DNA from: Lachnospiraceae bacterium
GTDB taxonomy: Bacteria; Bacillota; Clostridia; Lachnospirales; Lachnospiraceae
Length of the DNA stretch: 64,000 nt
Direction of reading: 5' to 3'
NCBI GenBank assembly: GCA_017449745.1
Contig: JAFTFD010000339.1
Location: 21,866-85,865 of the forward strand
Positions 11,238-21,992 of the stretch are shown in pieces. Under the pieces are notes generated by a model. That model ran no database searches and was not told where the DNA came from. It was given only the letters and a program-made list of their open reading frames with translations. A program made the position numbers and the translations under genes. How positions within the stretch are numbered: position 1 is the stretch's first letter; the number at the start of each line of letters is the position of its first letter.

Positions 11238-12329
11238 ATGGATCAGGCGTTGTCTACTGACAGCAAAACAGGTTCCTTTTATCTGATCAATAACCGGAAT
11301 GTGGATCTGGCTGCGTACGAGGCGGACGGAATTTCCGCGAACAGGCGCCTCAACGGGCCTTTCCAGTTTTTCCTGTCATCCAATTATATGAATGCCGAAG
11401 GGGCGGATTATATCATTGCCACCTGCGCTCCCGACCTGCTGCTCTATTCAGCCAGCTGCAAGGAAAATATCCCGGGGGCTTATTATCATCCGCCTCTTCA
11501 CCGCCATGATTATTATGAACTGATGATCGTGCTGGAGGGAGAGCTCTACCAGAATATTGAGAATATCCGCCACTACTACCCCATGGGGAGCGCGTGTATT
11601 CTCAACCCTAACGTCCGCCACACAGAGGAATTCATAACAGACTGCCGCTGTGTCTATGTGCAGATGTCCCGGGACCTGATCAGGCAGTGCTTCGATACGC
11701 CCCTGTTTTTTTCCTCGGAGCCGGACCAGCCCCTTCAGGAGATCCGTTCTTTTTTCTTTCCCAGCCATTCACAGGAGCACACAGAGCAGAAAAAATATAT
11801 CGATTTTATCTCTGAGGACGGAGACCACGCCGCAAAAGCAAGGGCAGAGACGCACAGGATCCTGGACGCCCTGATGCAGGAAACGCTCTCCCCTTCCGCA
11901 AATGCCTCCTCCAGGATCCGCTACGGTTTTACCGAGCTGTTATATCATCTGTTCTCCACAGACCAGTACTCGCGAACACCGGTACAGCTGGGGTCCGATC
12001 TGGAGGCGCAGCTCTTCAGCGAGATCCGGGACCTTATGAGCGAGACGCACGGGATGCTTGGCAGGAGCGAACTGGCCGCCCGGTTCCACTATTCGGGCAA
12101 TTACATCTACAAGGTCATCCGAAAATACACTGGACAGAATATTGTGGATCTCGCTGTTTCTTACCGCCTCGAAGAGGCCGCCCGCCTGCTGCAGTCCACG
12201 GACCTGAACATCGAGGACATCTGCCGGCAGCTCGGTTTTCGCAACCGCACCCATTTTTACCGGTTGTTCAAAAAGGCCTATGGCATGACGCCGCTTGCTT
12301 ACAAAAAAAACACTGTCCTGTCCTCCTGA
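11238..12329 (+). CDS. AraC/XylS family transcriptional regulator (copy A)
   Basis: 363 aa with a C-terminal double HTH (GFRNRTHFYRLFKKAYGMTP) and an N-terminal cupin-like sensor. Confidence 0.9.
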   Translation: MDQALSTDSKTGSFYLINNRNVDLAAYEADGISANRRLNGPFQFFLSSNYMNAEGADYIIATCAPDLLLYSASCKENIPGAYYHPPLHRHDYYELMIVLEGELYQNIENIRHYYPMGSACILNPNVRHTEEFITDCRCVYVQMSRDLIRQCFDTPLFFSSEPDQPLQEIRSFFFPSHSQEHTEQKKYIDFISEDGDHAAKARAETHRILDALMQETLSPSANASSRIRYGFTELLYHLFSTDQYSRTPVQLGSDLEAQLFSEIRDLMSETHGMLGRSELAARFHYSGNYIYKVIRKYTGQNIVDLAVSYRLEEAARLLQSTDLNIEDICRQLGFRNRTHFYRLFKKAYGMTPLAYKKNTVLSS

Positions 12330-12420
12330 AGGATTGAAATCCTTCCTGTTATAGCGATAGAATTATATGACGCAAATAACACAAACAGATACAACCATCG
12401 TGTTGCAACAAGGAGTACAA

Positions 12421-14415
12421 ATGAAATCAACAAAAAAACTGATATCAGCTTCCCTTTCTCTTCTTCTGACGCTCTCCCTTTGTGCCTGTGCCGCAGGGAC
12501 ACAGACTGCAGAGACAGCGCAGGATACTTCCTCCACTGCAGCCGACAGTGTGCAGGAGGAAGCTGCCTCCAGCGAAGCTGTCCCTAAAGAAACAGCAGCA
12601 CAGGAGTCTGAAGACGGCCAGAGTAATACCGGGGATGCTGCAACTGAAACGGAAGCTGCGGCAGAGAGCGCGATCGTCACCGGCTTGTCTCCGATCGACA
12701 TGGCGTTATGGTCCTACAACTCTGACGATGACGTCTATTACCAGATCGGTATCTCCTACTGCGAGACGCCCGCGGATGAGAGTTATGAGAAACTCGCCGT
12801 CTTTGTTCCCGGCGCTTATATGTCAGGGACTCAAAACAGTGACGGCACTTACACCTGCGAGATCAGCGAAGAGGGAGAGGTGAACGGCTATACAGCAGCC
12901 ACTGCCCCCATCGTCATGCCGATCAACACCCCCGGCTACTCCGCGCAGTCTGCTCTGACGGATTACACTTCCGTATCCGATTATATGGAAGCCGGGTTTA
13001 TCTACGCCCATGCCGGCTGCCGCGGCAGAGATGCCGGTGCCCCTGCCGGCATCACAGATCTGAAAGCTGCTGTCCGGTACCTTCGTTACTGCTCCGATCT
13101 TCTGCCCGGCGATACAGACAGTATCTTTACCTTTGGCATGTCCGGAGGCGGAGCGCAGTCCGCGCTCATGGGATCAACAGGAAACAGTGCCCTCTATGAT
13201 CCGTATCTCGAGGCGATCGGAGCCGTAAAAGGCGTCTCCGACGATGTGCTTGGTTCCATGTGCTGGTGCCCTATTACCAACCTCGACAGCGCGGATGCGG
13301 CTTACGAATGGATGCTGGGAACGTCCAGAAGCGGTCTCTCCGAAGAAGAGCAGGCTGTCTCTGACGCGCTTGCTGAGGCCTTCGCGGAGTACATCAATAA
13401 TGCAGGGATCAAGGACGAAGCCGGAAATATCCTGACGCTGGAAGCTTCGGCGGAAGGGATCTGTCAGGCAGGCTCCTACTACGATACAGTAAAGGATGCG
13501 ATCGAAACTTCCCTTGAACATTTCCTTGAGGATACAGAATTTCCTTACGAAGCTTCCTCTTCCGGCGGCTTTGGCGGCGGAATGGGCGGCCATGGCGGCT
13601 TTGGAGGCTTCGGCGGCGGAACGGGCGGTCCCGTCAGCGGTGAGCGTCCTTCCGGTGCCCCCGATGGAGAAATGCCTGCTGACGGAGAGATGCCTGCTGA
13701 TGGAGAAACATCTGCCAATGCTGAAGCATCTGAGGAAGTCAATTACGAAGAGATCGACGATATTCAGAGAAATGATACCTCTTCTTCCGGTCTATCCCTT
13801 TCCGGCACCTATGAAACGGCACAGGATTACATTGACGCCCTGAATGGGAACGGCGAATGGGTGACTTACGACGCTGACAACAATTCCGTGACCATCACAG
13901 ACGTAGCATCCTTTGTGAAAGCCCTGAAAAATGCTTCCAAAAACCTCGGTGCATTTGACCAGTTCGACGGCGGCCAGGGTGAGAACACGCTCTTTGGCTA
14001 TGGTGACGGAAACGGCGCTCACTTCGACGCTGTACTGGCAGAGATCCTGGAAGATCTTGGCAGCGAATACGCGCAGGCTTACGCCGAGGATCTTCAGAAA
14101 ACAGACCTGATCGGAAATACCGTCGATACAAGACTTATGATGTACACGCCTCTCTACTATCTGCTTGAGAGTTCCGACGGCTATGGCACGAGCGATGTGG
14201 CGAAATACTGGCGGATCCGCACCGGGATCAACCAGGGCGACTGCGCTCTTTCTACCGAGCTGAATCTGGCGCTCGCTCTTAAAAACTACGACCCCGTCGA
14301 GTCCGTCGATTTTGAGACGGTCTGGGGCCAGGGACATACAATGGCTGAGAGAAGCGGAAACTCCACGGACAATTTCATTCAGTGGGTGGTCGACTGCACT
14401 GCAGGTAAGAACTGA
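12421..14415 (+). CDS. Secreted lipoprotein, alpha/beta-hydrolase (tannase/esterase-like) (copy A)
   Basis: Start moved to MKSTKK after an aaggag RBS. Signal peptide with a lipobox-like LCAC and the GxSxG elbow GMSGGG. Contains a Gly-rich tract and a tandem GEMPAD repeat. Confidence 0.8.
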   Translation: MKSTKKLISASLSLLLTLSLCACAAGTQTAETAQDTSSTAADSVQEEAASSEAVPKETAAQESEDGQSNTGDAATETEAAAESAIVTGLSPIDMALWSYNSDDDVYYQIGISYCETPADESYEKLAVFVPGAYMSGTQNSDGTYTCEISEEGEVNGYTAATAPIVMPINTPGYSAQSALTDYTSVSDYMEAGFIYAHAGCRGRDAGAPAGITDLKAAVRYLRYCSDLLPGDTDSIFTFGMSGGGAQSALMGSTGNSALYDPYLEAIGAVKGVSDDVLGSMCWCPITNLDSADAAYEWMLGTSRSGLSEEEQAVSDALAEAFAEYINNAGIKDEAGNILTLEASAEGICQAGSYYDTVKDAIETSLEHFLEDTEFPYEASSSGGFGGGMGGHGGFGGFGGGTGGPVSGERPSGAPDGEMPADGEMPADGETSANAEASEEVNYEEIDDIQRNDTSSSGLSLSGTYETAQDYIDALNGNGEWVTYDADNNSVTITDVASFVKALKNASKNLGAFDQFDGGQGENTLFGYGDGNGAHFDAVLAEILEDLGSEYAQAYAEDLQKTDLIGNTVDTRLMMYTPLYYLLESSDGYGTSDVAKYWRIRTGINQGDCALSTELNLALALKNYDPVESVDFETVWGQGHTMAERSGNSTDNFIQWVVDCTAGKN

Positions 14416-14646
14416 ACAAGGTGCGGACAGACGAAACAAAATTTTACGCCGATAGAAGATTCTTTCATAAAAGCATAGCCTAAAAGCAAATAACGTGTTA
14501 GACTGTACGCTGGTTGTATGAATCAGCGAATACAGGTCTGACACGTTATTTTTATGCTGTAAAAACAGCGCTGTACCTGTTCCATCTCTACACAGTGACA
14601 GGAATACCGGAGACACCTCGCTCCGGTTTTTTTGGGGGAATTGAAA

Positions 14647-15309
14647 ATGCAGGAACAAAATACCGATAAGCAGCTTACCAAACGGATCTTAATGAGTGCG
14701 CTCGGCGTCATCATCTGCGGCATCAGCGTCGGGATGTTCAAGCACGCCTTTCTCGGAGTCGATCCTTTCCAGTCCCTGATGAGCGGTCTGGATGCCGTGA
14801 TCCCGCTGCGATTCGGGACGCTCTATGTGATCACCAACCTCGTGCTGCTGGCCTTCGCGCTGATCTTTGACCGCCATAAGATAGGGCTGGCGACGCTGAT
14901 CAACCTGTTCCTGCTCGGCTATATAGCGGAATTCTCCCAGAAATGTGTATCTTCGCTGCTGCCGGGGCCTTCCCTGGTCACGCGCTTTCTGCTGCTGGCC
15001 GCCGCGATCGTGATCATGTGCGTCGCTTCCGCTTTCTATTTTACCGCGGATCTGGGCGTGTCCACCTACGACGCTGTCGCGCTTGTCTGGTCGGAGCGGC
15101 AGAAAAAGATCCCCTTCTCTATCTGCAGGATCATCACGGATCTGGTGTGCGTGATCAGCGGAACGCTGCTCTGCCTTCTCGGCGGCTATACATGGCTCGA
15201 GGTGACAGGAGAAGTGGGGATCGGAACGATCATTACCGCTTTCTTTATGGGACCGCTGATCGATTTCTTTAATGTGAAGCTGGCGAGGCCGTTTCTGTAT
15301 GGAAAGTGA
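14647..15309 (+). CDS. Multi-pass membrane protein (YczE/YitT-like) (copy A)
   Basis: About 220 aa from the ATG (MQEQNT) with six hydrophobic segments. The family assignment is tentative. Confidence 0.7.
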   Translation: MQEQNTDKQLTKRILMSALGVIICGISVGMFKHAFLGVDPFQSLMSGLDAVIPLRFGTLYVITNLVLLAFALIFDRHKIGLATLINLFLLGYIAEFSQKCVSSLLPGPSLVTRFLLLAAAIVIMCVASAFYFTADLGVSTYDAVALVWSERQKKIPFSICRIITDLVCVISGTLLCLLGGYTWLEVTGEVGIGTIITAFFMGPLIDFFNVKLARPFLYGK

Positions 15310-15513
15310 TGAGGCAGGGTGCCTGACGGCAGGATCGAAGAGGATGGGAGGCAGCTCGCTGTCTGTTGGCGGAGTATATTCAATCATAAGAAGAAGCGGA
15401 TCCAGCCTCCGGCAGGATCTACGAGAATAAGAAAAGCAGCTCGCCTGACGGCTCGCTGTTTGTTGGCGGAGTATATCTTTCTGGAATTGTTCCCAACCTT
15501 CGGTCAGTGATTT

Positions 15514-15570
15514 GAGAAAAAAGAAAGGGTCCCTTTCCATGCAAGCATGGTCAGGGACCCTTTCTTTTTT
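15514..15570. terminator. Bidirectional intrinsic terminator between guaA and the membrane-protein gene (copy A)
   Basis: Mirror of 28341..28397: 13-bp stem agaaagggtccct/agggaccctttct flanked by A- and T-tracts. Confidence 0.85.
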
Positions 15571-15619
15571 CTCAACAGCCGCTGCACGGCTGACAATTCC
15601 AGTGATGCATTCCTTGTTA

Positions 15620-17161
15620 TCACTCAAGTTCTATAGTCCCGGGCGGTTTACTGGTGAGGTCGTACAGGACGCGGTTTACGCCTTTGACTTCGTTGATGAT
15701 GCGGTTCATGCAGGTCTGCAGGACGCTCCAGGGGAGCTCGGCTGCTTCCGCTGTCATGAAGTCGCTGGTGAGGACTGCCCTGAGGACGACGGCATAGTCA
15801 TAGGTCCTGCCGTCTCCCATAACGCCGACAGAGCGCATATTGGAGAGCGCCGCAAAGAACTGACCAAGTCCCAGGTCGACGCCAGCTTTTTTGAGTTCCT
15901 CGCGGTAGATCGCGTCCGCCTCCTGTACGATCCTGACCTTATCCTCTGTGACATCGCCGACGATGCGGATGCCAAGCCCCGGTCCCGGGAACGGCTGGCG
16001 GTAGACAAGGTGTTCCGGGATCCCGAGCTCTAAGCCGACCTCGCGGACTTCGTCCTTAAAAAGCTGGCGGAGAGGCTCAATAATCTCTTTGAAATCGACA
16101 TGGTCCGGAAGGCCGCCGACATTATGATGCGATTTGATCACAGCACCGGTCCCGATACCGCTCTCGACGACGTCCGGGTAGATCGTTCCCTGCACGAGAT
16201 AATCCACTGCGCCGATCTTTTTTGCCTCCTTCTCGAAGACCTCGATAAACTCGGCGCCTATGATCCTGCGTTTCATTTCCGGTTCCGCAACACCTGCCAG
16301 TTTTTTATAAAAGTGATCCTGTGCGTTTACGCGGATGAAATTCAGGTCATAGTTTCCTTCCGGTCCGAAAACCGCTTCTACCTCATCTCCCTCATTTTTC
16401 CTGAGAAGACCGTGGTCCACAAATACACAGGTCAGCTGGCGCCCGACTGCCTTGGAGAGAAGGACAGCCGCTACAGAGGAGTCCACGCCGCCGGAAAGGG
16501 CACACAGCACTTTCCCGTCGCCGATCTTCTCCCTCAGCTGCTGAATGGTAGTCTCCACAAAGGAGGACATCTTCCAATCTCCACTGCAGCCGCAGATATC
16601 ATAGACAAAATTATGGAAGAGCTTTTTTCCTTCGGGCGTGTGCACAACCTCAGGATGGAACTGCACCGCGTAAAGGCGGCGCATCGGATCTTCCATAGCC
16701 GCGACCGGGCAGTGACCGGAATATGCTGTCACATGGAAGCCCGCCGGGACAGACGCGATGTAATCCGTATGGCTCATCCAGCAGGTCGTCTGCGTCTCCC
16801 AGTTTCCCAGGATCCCTGATTCTTTTTCAGCATCGACCGTGATCTCCGTTTTTCCATACTCGCTGACAGGTGCTGTCTTGACTTCTCCTCCGAGAAGATA
16901 GGCCATCAGCTGTGAGCCATAGCAGATCCCGAGAACGGGAATTCCCAGGGCAAACAGCTCCGGATCGCAGGACGGCGAATTCTCTCTGTAAACGCTGTCC
17001 GGCCCGCCTGTCAGGATGATTCCCTTCGGCCCCATTTTCCGGATCTCTTCGATCGGCGTCGTATGGGGAAAGATCTCACAGTAGACGTGTTCCTCTCTCA
17101 CTCTTCTTGCGATCAGCTGCTTGTACTGACCGCCGAAATCAAGCACTATTATTTTCTCCAT
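15620..17161 (-). CDS. guaA: GMP synthase (glutamine-hydrolysing), full length (copy A)
   Basis: Start at [13 protein letters not shown]. It has a GATase domain (GICYG, HPE), the PP-loop SGGVDSS, and the C-terminus KPPGTIELE. Confidence 0.95.
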   Translation of the reverse strand: MEKIIVLDFGGQYKQLIARRVREEHVYCEIFPHTTPIEEIRKMGPKGIILTGGPDSVYRENSPSCDPELFALGIPVLGICYGSQLMAYLLGGEVKTAPVSEYGKTEITVDAEKESGILGNWETQTTCWMSHTDYIASVPAGFHVTAYSGHCPVAAMEDPMRRLYAVQFHPEVVHTPEGKKLFHNFVYDICGCSGDWKMSSFVETTIQQLREKIGDGKVLCALSGGVDSSVAAVLLSKAVGRQLTCVFVDHGLLRKNEGDEVEAVFGPEGNYDLNFIRVNAQDHFYKKLAGVAEPEMKRRIIGAEFIEVFEKEAKKIGAVDYLVQGTIYPDVVESGIGTGAVIKSHHNVGGLPDHVDFKEIIEPLRQLFKDEVREVGLELGIPEHLVYRQPFPGPGLGIRIVGDVTEDKVRIVQEADAIYREELKKAGVDLGLGQFFAALSNMRSVGVMGDGRTYDYAVVLRAVLTSDFMTAEAAELPWSVLQTCMNRIINEVKGVNRVLYDLTSKPPGTIELE

Positions 17162-17266
17162 CGGCTTTTCTCCTTGAGTGTATTTGATTTTCTGTTTGTA
17201 TTTGCTGATGCAGTTGTTTGCCATTAAAAATAACCGGGCAGAGTCTCCCCTACCCGGTATTTCTTA

Positions 17267-18607
17267 TTAATAGATAATACGTCTGATGCAGATATACTGT
17301 CTGTAGTTGACGTTGCTGTATTTGATTCCGGTCCTGGCTGTGCTGGCGTGAACGATCGTTCCGTTTCCGCAGTAGATCGCTACATGACCCGGATAGCAGA
17401 TGATATCGCCCGGGAGCGCCTCCTCGAGGGATGCGACAGCTATGCCGTTGCTGCGCTGGCCGACGTCCGTTCTCGCGAGTGAATAGCCGAACGCTTTATA
17501 GACAAGCGAAGTAAAACCGGAGCAGTCCGTTCCGTTTGTGAGGGAATTTCCTCCGTAAACATAGGGGTTGCCGACAAACTGGCATGCGTAATTGACAACA
17601 TCCTGTCCTGTTTTTCCAGACGGCGATGCGTAAACCTTTGTCTGTGCCGTGGATGCTGAGGTCGTACTGGTCTGGCTGCTGGCAGTGCTCGTTCCGGAAG
17701 CTGACTGCGCTTCCTGTTCCGCTTTTCTGCGCGCTTCCTCCTCTGCCTTTCTCCTCGCCTCTTCTTCCTGCCTGCGTTTCTCTGCAGCAATACGGGCTTC
17801 TTCCTCAATCGCAGCCGCCAGTGCATTCGTCTGCTCGATCAGCTGCTGTGCAAAGATAGCTGCCTGCTGCTGCGCAACAGCGATCCTCTCGTCAATATCT
17901 TCATATTGCTCCCTCAAAATGTTCAGTTCCACTTCAAGGGCGTTCTGCTCTTCCTCCAGACCAAGCCGGTTCTCCTCACGCTCAGCTTTCTCATCCTCAA
18001 GCTGCGCCTGTTTTTCCGCGACCTTTTTCTGTACCTCCTGGTAGCGCACGATCATGTTCTGGTCATACTCCGCCAGCTGGTTCGCGTACTGTGTCTTATT
18101 GAGGATATCCGAAAAAGAAGTGGACTGCAGGATGATCTGGACGTAGTCCGCATCGCCTTTTTCATAGATGTATTTGATGCGGCGCTTCATCGCCTCGTAC
18201 TGGCGGTCCTCCTCAGCTTTGGCTGCATCATATTCCGCCTGCGTCTTTTCGATCTGCTGGTCGAGTTCCGCGATTTCTCCTTCCAGGATCTCGATGCCGG
18301 CCATGATCTGAACGATCTGCTCGTTGGTCTCATCGATCGCGTTAGAAACATCCTGGATCTCTTCTTCCAGCACATCCGCCTCATTCTGGGCCTGTGTCAG
18401 CTGGCTCTGGGTCTGCGCCTTCTGGTTCTGCAGGTCTGTGACCTTACTGGCAGAAACCTCCGCGACAGGCAGAACAGCCAGGACCAGAGACAGCGCCAGC
18501 AGCAGTGCCGAACGGCCGGCTCTGCGCAGCGAGGCACCTCCTACGCAAACAAAACGACTATGATCACTGATTTTTTTATCAGCTCTTCGATTCGTTTTTA
18601 TACTCAA
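17267..18607 (-). CDS. Secreted coiled-coil NlpC/P60 peptidoglycan hydrolase (CwlO/PcsB-like) (copy A)
   Basis: 446 aa with an N-terminal TM/signal segment and a long Q/E/A-rich coiled coil. The C-terminal NlpC/P60 domain carries the catalytic DCSGF and a His in PGHVAIY. Confidence 0.88.
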   Translation of the reverse strand: MSIKTNRRADKKISDHSRFVCVGGASLRRAGRSALLLALSLVLAVLPVAEVSASKVTDLQNQKAQTQSQLTQAQNEADVLEEEIQDVSNAIDETNEQIVQIMAGIEILEGEIAELDQQIEKTQAEYDAAKAEEDRQYEAMKRRIKYIYEKGDADYVQIILQSTSFSDILNKTQYANQLAEYDQNMIVRYQEVQKKVAEKQAQLEDEKAEREENRLGLEEEQNALEVELNILREQYEDIDERIAVAQQQAAIFAQQLIEQTNALAAAIEEEARIAAEKRRQEEEARRKAEEEARRKAEQEAQSASGTSTASSQTSTTSASTAQTKVYASPSGKTGQDVVNYACQFVGNPYVYGGNSLTNGTDCSGFTSLVYKAFGYSLARTDVGQRSNGIAVASLEEALPGDIICYPGHVAIYCGNGTIVHASTARTGIKYSNVNYRQYICIRRIIY

Positions 18608-18674
18608 ATAGACTCCTTATAGCTTTTCATTATGCCTGTTTCTCTGATCTGCACCGCAATACGGGTTTCTAAGA

Positions 18675-20078
18675 TCAAAGCTCACAGTTACCGACTGTTC
18701 TCGGGAAAGGCAGCACGTCACGGATGTTCTCCATGCCGGTCAGATACATAACGCACCTCTCAAAACCAAGGCCGAATCCGGCGTGGCGGACAGATCCGTA
18801 TCTGCGAAGATCCAGATAGAAATCATACTGGCTCTTGTCCATTCCGAGTTCGTCCATTCTCTGCTCCAGAAGCGCGAGATCATCCTCTCTCTGGCTGCCG
18901 CCGATGATCTCACCGATGCCCGGAACCAGGCAGTCGCAGGCTGCGACGGTCTTTCCGTCCGGATTCAGCTTCATATAGAAGGCCTTGATCTCCTTCGGAT
19001 AATCTGTCACGAAAACAGGGCGCTTGAACTGTTTCTCTGTAAGGAAGCGCTCATGCTCTGTCTGCAGATCGCATCCCCAGAAGACCTTGTTCTCAAACTC
19101 ATCGTTGTGCTCTTTGAGGATCTCTACCGCCTCTGTATATGTGATGCGGCCGAAATCGGAGGAAGCGACATGATTGAGTCTCTCCAGCAGTCCCTTGTCA
19201 ATGAACTGGTTGAAGAAAGCCATCTCTTCCGGCGCTTTCTCAAGCACGTAGCGGATGATGTATTTGAGCATATCCTCCGCAAGCTCCATGTCGTCCTCAA
19301 GATCCGCAAAACAGATCTCGGGCTCGATCATCCAGAACTCTGCCGCATGTCTTGTAGTGTTAGACTTCTCAGCGCGGAAAGTAGGGCCAAAGGTATACAC
19401 ATTGCGGAACGCAAATGCATAGGTCTCGACATCCAGCTGGCCGCTGACAGTCAGGTTGGTGGGCTTTCCGAAGAAATCCTGGGAATAGTCGACTTTGCCG
19501 TCCTCTGTACGGGGGAGGTTCTCGAGATCCAGCGTTGTCACCTGGAACATCTCGCCTGCGCCCTCTGCGTCGGATCCTGTGATCTCAGGCGCATGGACAT
19601 AAACAAAGCCTCTCTCCTGGAAGAACTGGTGGATCGCAAACGCGATCAGGGAGCGGACACGCATGACCGCCATAAAGGTATTGGTGCGGACACGCAGATG
19701 CGGGATCGTGCGCAGATACTCAAAGCTGTGGCGCTTTTTCTGCAGCGGATAGTCTGCGGAGGAATCTCCCTCGACTTCCACTTTTTCCACCTGCATCTCA
19801 AAGGGCTGCTTGGCATTGGGAGTAGCAACGATCTTGCCGGTCGCGATCACAGCGGCGCCGACGTTGAGCTTTGCGACGCGCTCGAATCCTTCCATATCCG
19901 CTGAATAGACCAGCTGAAGCGTTGCGAAGGTGCTGCCGTCGGACAGCACGATAAAGCCCACGTTCTTGGAATCCCTGTTGTTGCGGACCCAGCCGCCGAC
20001 AGTGACTGTCTTGTCAAAAAAAGCTTCCGGCTGCGCAAAAATAGCAGCCACTTCTACCATCTCATACTGTTTTTTCAT
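18675..20078 (-). CDS. asnS: Asparagine--tRNA ligase (copy A)
   Basis: 467 aa class II aaRS with [21 protein letters not shown] and a C-terminal GFGLGFER motif. Confidence 0.95.
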   Translation of the reverse strand: MKKQYEMVEVAAIFAQPEAFFDKTVTVGGWVRNNRDSKNVGFIVLSDGSTFATLQLVYSADMEGFERVAKLNVGAAVIATGKIVATPNAKQPFEMQVEKVEVEGDSSADYPLQKKRHSFEYLRTIPHLRVRTNTFMAVMRVRSLIAFAIHQFFQERGFVYVHAPEITGSDAEGAGEMFQVTTLDLENLPRTEDGKVDYSQDFFGKPTNLTVSGQLDVETYAFAFRNVYTFGPTFRAEKSNTTRHAAEFWMIEPEICFADLEDDMELAEDMLKYIIRYVLEKAPEEMAFFNQFIDKGLLERLNHVASSDFGRITYTEAVEILKEHNDEFENKVFWGCDLQTEHERFLTEKQFKRPVFVTDYPKEIKAFYMKLNPDGKTVAACDCLVPGIGEIIGGSQREDDLALLEQRMDELGMDKSQYDFYLDLRRYGSVRHAGFGLGFERCVMYLTGMENIRDVLPFPRTVGNCEL

Positions 20079-20084
20079 ATTGCT

Positions 20085-21170
20085 TTATTCTCCTGTTTCC
20101 TGCGCGGGCTCGCTGACTGCGACATTATCCAGCAGATAGGCCACGACCTTATCCACCAGCAGATACTCCCGGTAAGCTTCCGCGTCCTGCTCCTTCTTAA
20201 ACTCTTCAACGCTCTTATACCCTGCCCTTGCTGCCTCGGTAGAAAGTGCCGTATTGAACTCTTTGTCTGTGATCTCCAGCTTTTCCTTGTCGGCGATCGC
20301 CTGCATGATGATGTATTCCTTCGCTGTCTCTGTCGCCATCTCGCGGATATCATTTTCATAGTTTTCCGCATCAGACCCCTGATAGCTCATGAAAGTGGCA
20401 AGATCCAGGCCGTACTGGGAGGCATACGCAGTAAACGTCTCTGTGTAGGAGAGATTCATGCGCTCCACCATTTCCTGCGGAGGGTCCTTTTTGAACGTGC
20501 TGTTGTCGATCAGATACTGGATCGCCTGGCCCTGGACCTCGCTGTCATAGGTCGACTGCGCCTGCTCCATCAGCTGGCTGCGCAGATACTCCTTATATTC
20601 ATCGGCTGTAGAAACACCTTCAATATTAAGGCCTGCCGCATACTCATCCGTCAGTTCCGGCGCAACTCTCTCGGAGATGCTGTTGACCTTCACGTCGAAG
20701 GTGACAGCGGCTCCTGCCAGGTCTGCATTGCCGTAATCCTCCGGGAAAGTAAGGTCAAGTGTCACCTCATCGCCGACAGTAACACCGATCAGGCCGTCCT
20801 CAAAGCCATCGATGAAAGAACCGGAGCCGATCGTAAGATCATAGCCGGAAGCCGTGCCGCCCTCAAAGGCAACTCCGTCCTTTTTCCCGACATAGTCGAT
20901 ATTGGCAATATCCCCGGACTGGACCACATTCCTGTCCGTGATCTCTTTTGACTGGGTATTCATGGAGAGCTGATACTGCGTGTACAGTTCCAGATAATCA
21001 TCCGAAACCTCCGGCGCCGCAACCTCTACCGCGATGTTCTGATAGTCCGCCAGATCCACATAATCTGCCGCCTTGATCCCGGAGAGATATGCCGGATCTT
21101 TTTTGCCGCATCCCGTAAGCAGGATAAGCGATGCTGCAATGACTGCCGCCGCAAGCATACTTTTTTTCAT
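20085..21170 (-). CDS. Lipoprotein with trigger-factor-like FKBP-type PPIase domain (copy A)
   Basis: Start at MKKSML, lipobox LLTGC, and a central FKBP-like block (GDIANIDYVGKKDGVAFEGG ... FDVKVNSI). Its stop lies 6 nt before asnS. Confidence 0.82.
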   Translation of the reverse strand: MKKSMLAAAVIAASLILLTGCGKKDPAYLSGIKAADYVDLADYQNIAVEVAAPEVSDDYLELYTQYQLSMNTQSKEITDRNVVQSGDIANIDYVGKKDGVAFEGGTASGYDLTIGSGSFIDGFEDGLIGVTVGDEVTLDLTFPEDYGNADLAGAAVTFDVKVNSISERVAPELTDEYAAGLNIEGVSTADEYKEYLRSQLMEQAQSTYDSEVQGQAIQYLIDNSTFKKDPPQEMVERMNLSYTETFTAYASQYGLDLATFMSYQGSDAENYENDIREMATETAKEYIIMQAIADKEKLEITDKEFNTALSTEAARAGYKSVEEFKKEQDAEAYREYLLVDKVVAYLLDNVAVSEPAQETGE

Positions 21171-21438
21171 AAATAATGCATCCTTTCTGTTTCCCAGGAT
21201 CGCGGACCACTTAACCTGCAAGCGATCTGTACTGAATGACTAAACCCGCATTCCTGAGGTATGTTTCCTGTGTCCGGCAGCACCAATGCTGCCTGCACAG
21301 TACCTTTTAGTTTAGCATAACGACCACTTTAATAAAAGTGTTTCTTCTGTGAACGGAACGATGTTGTCACTGCTTTTTTTCAATGGTATAATACGACACA
21401 GGGCTGTCATAAGCCCACATAATATCAGGAGGGCTATC

Positions 21439-21918
21439 ATGAGCACAGGATTAATCGTGAGTTTAGTCATCCTTGCCGTACTGATCGGCGCCACAGTGGC
21501 ACTGTATTTCGTCGGCAAGAAGATGCAGAAGAGACAGGCGGAACAGCAGGCACAGATCGAGGCGACCAAACAGCCGGTCAAGATGCTGATCATCGACAAG
21601 AAGAGGCTGCCCATCAAGCAGTCAGGACTTCCTCAGCAGGTCATTGATTCGACTCCTTGGTATGCAAAGCGTTCCAAGCTGCCGGTCGTAAAAGCCAAGG
21701 TTGGTCCTCAGATCATGAATCTGATCGCCGATGAACAGATCTTCGATTTCATCCCGGTCAAGAAAGAGGTCCGGGCTATGGTAAGCGGCATCTATATCGT
21801 CGAGGTCAAGGGACTGCACGGACAGAAGCTGGTCAACACCAATCCCAAGAAAAAGAACTGGTTCACCAAGACCATGGACAAGATCCGCGAGAAGGGCGGC
21901 GCCGGTCCCGTCAAGTAA
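21439..21918 (+). CDS. Single-pass membrane protein, YajC-like N-terminus, function unknown (copy A)
   Basis: 159 aa from the ATG after an aggaggg RBS. It has one N-terminal TM helix followed by KKMQKRQAEQQ. Confidence 0.7.
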   Translation: MSTGLIVSLVILAVLIGATVALYFVGKKMQKRQAEQQAQIEATKQPVKMLIIDKKRLPIKQSGLPQQVIDSTPWYAKRSKLPVVKAKVGPQIMNLIADEQIFDFIPVKKEVRAMVSGIYIVEVKGLHGQKLVNTNPKKKNWFTKTMDKIREKGGAGPVK

Positions 21919-21939
21919 GCCGGAAAGTGAATATGAATC

Positions 21940-21971
21940 AAAAAAGAAGCGCACCGGTGCGCTTCTTTTTT
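21940..21971. terminator. Intrinsic-terminator-like hairpin coinciding with the palindrome axis
   Basis: Sequence aaaaaa-gaagcgcacc|ggtgcgcttc-tttttt. A native terminator would read as stem gaagcgca, loop ccgg, stem tgcgcttc, then T6. It lies 21 nt after the stop codon of the 159-aa gene on each arm. Confidence 0.75.
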
Positions 21972-21992
21972 GATTCATATTCACTTTCCGGC

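Larger units (their letters stand above)
1..21955. repeat. Left arm of a giant perfect inverted repeat (palindrome); reverse complement of 21956..43910; truncated by window start
   Basis: Every ORF in the track within 1..21955 has a mirror ORF with identical translation at 43911-x, e.g. 98..886(-) vs 43025..43813(+) and 2229..3842(-) vs 40069..41682(+). Spot-checked non-coding bases 1-60, 887-960 and 1681-1740 are exact reverse complements of 43851-43910, 42951-43024 and 42171-42230. Confidence 0.97.

Noticed and set aside
12367-12420. Longer N-termini suggested by the ORF track for the esterase (12367), guaA (17224/26687), the trigger-factor-like lipoprotein (21221/22690), the 159-aa protein (21349/22562), and the membrane protein (14632/29279).
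   Set aside because: Internal ATG codons preceded by good Shine-Dalgarno sequences give N-termini that match family expectations (signal peptides, [13 protein letters not shown]). The extensions have no RBS.
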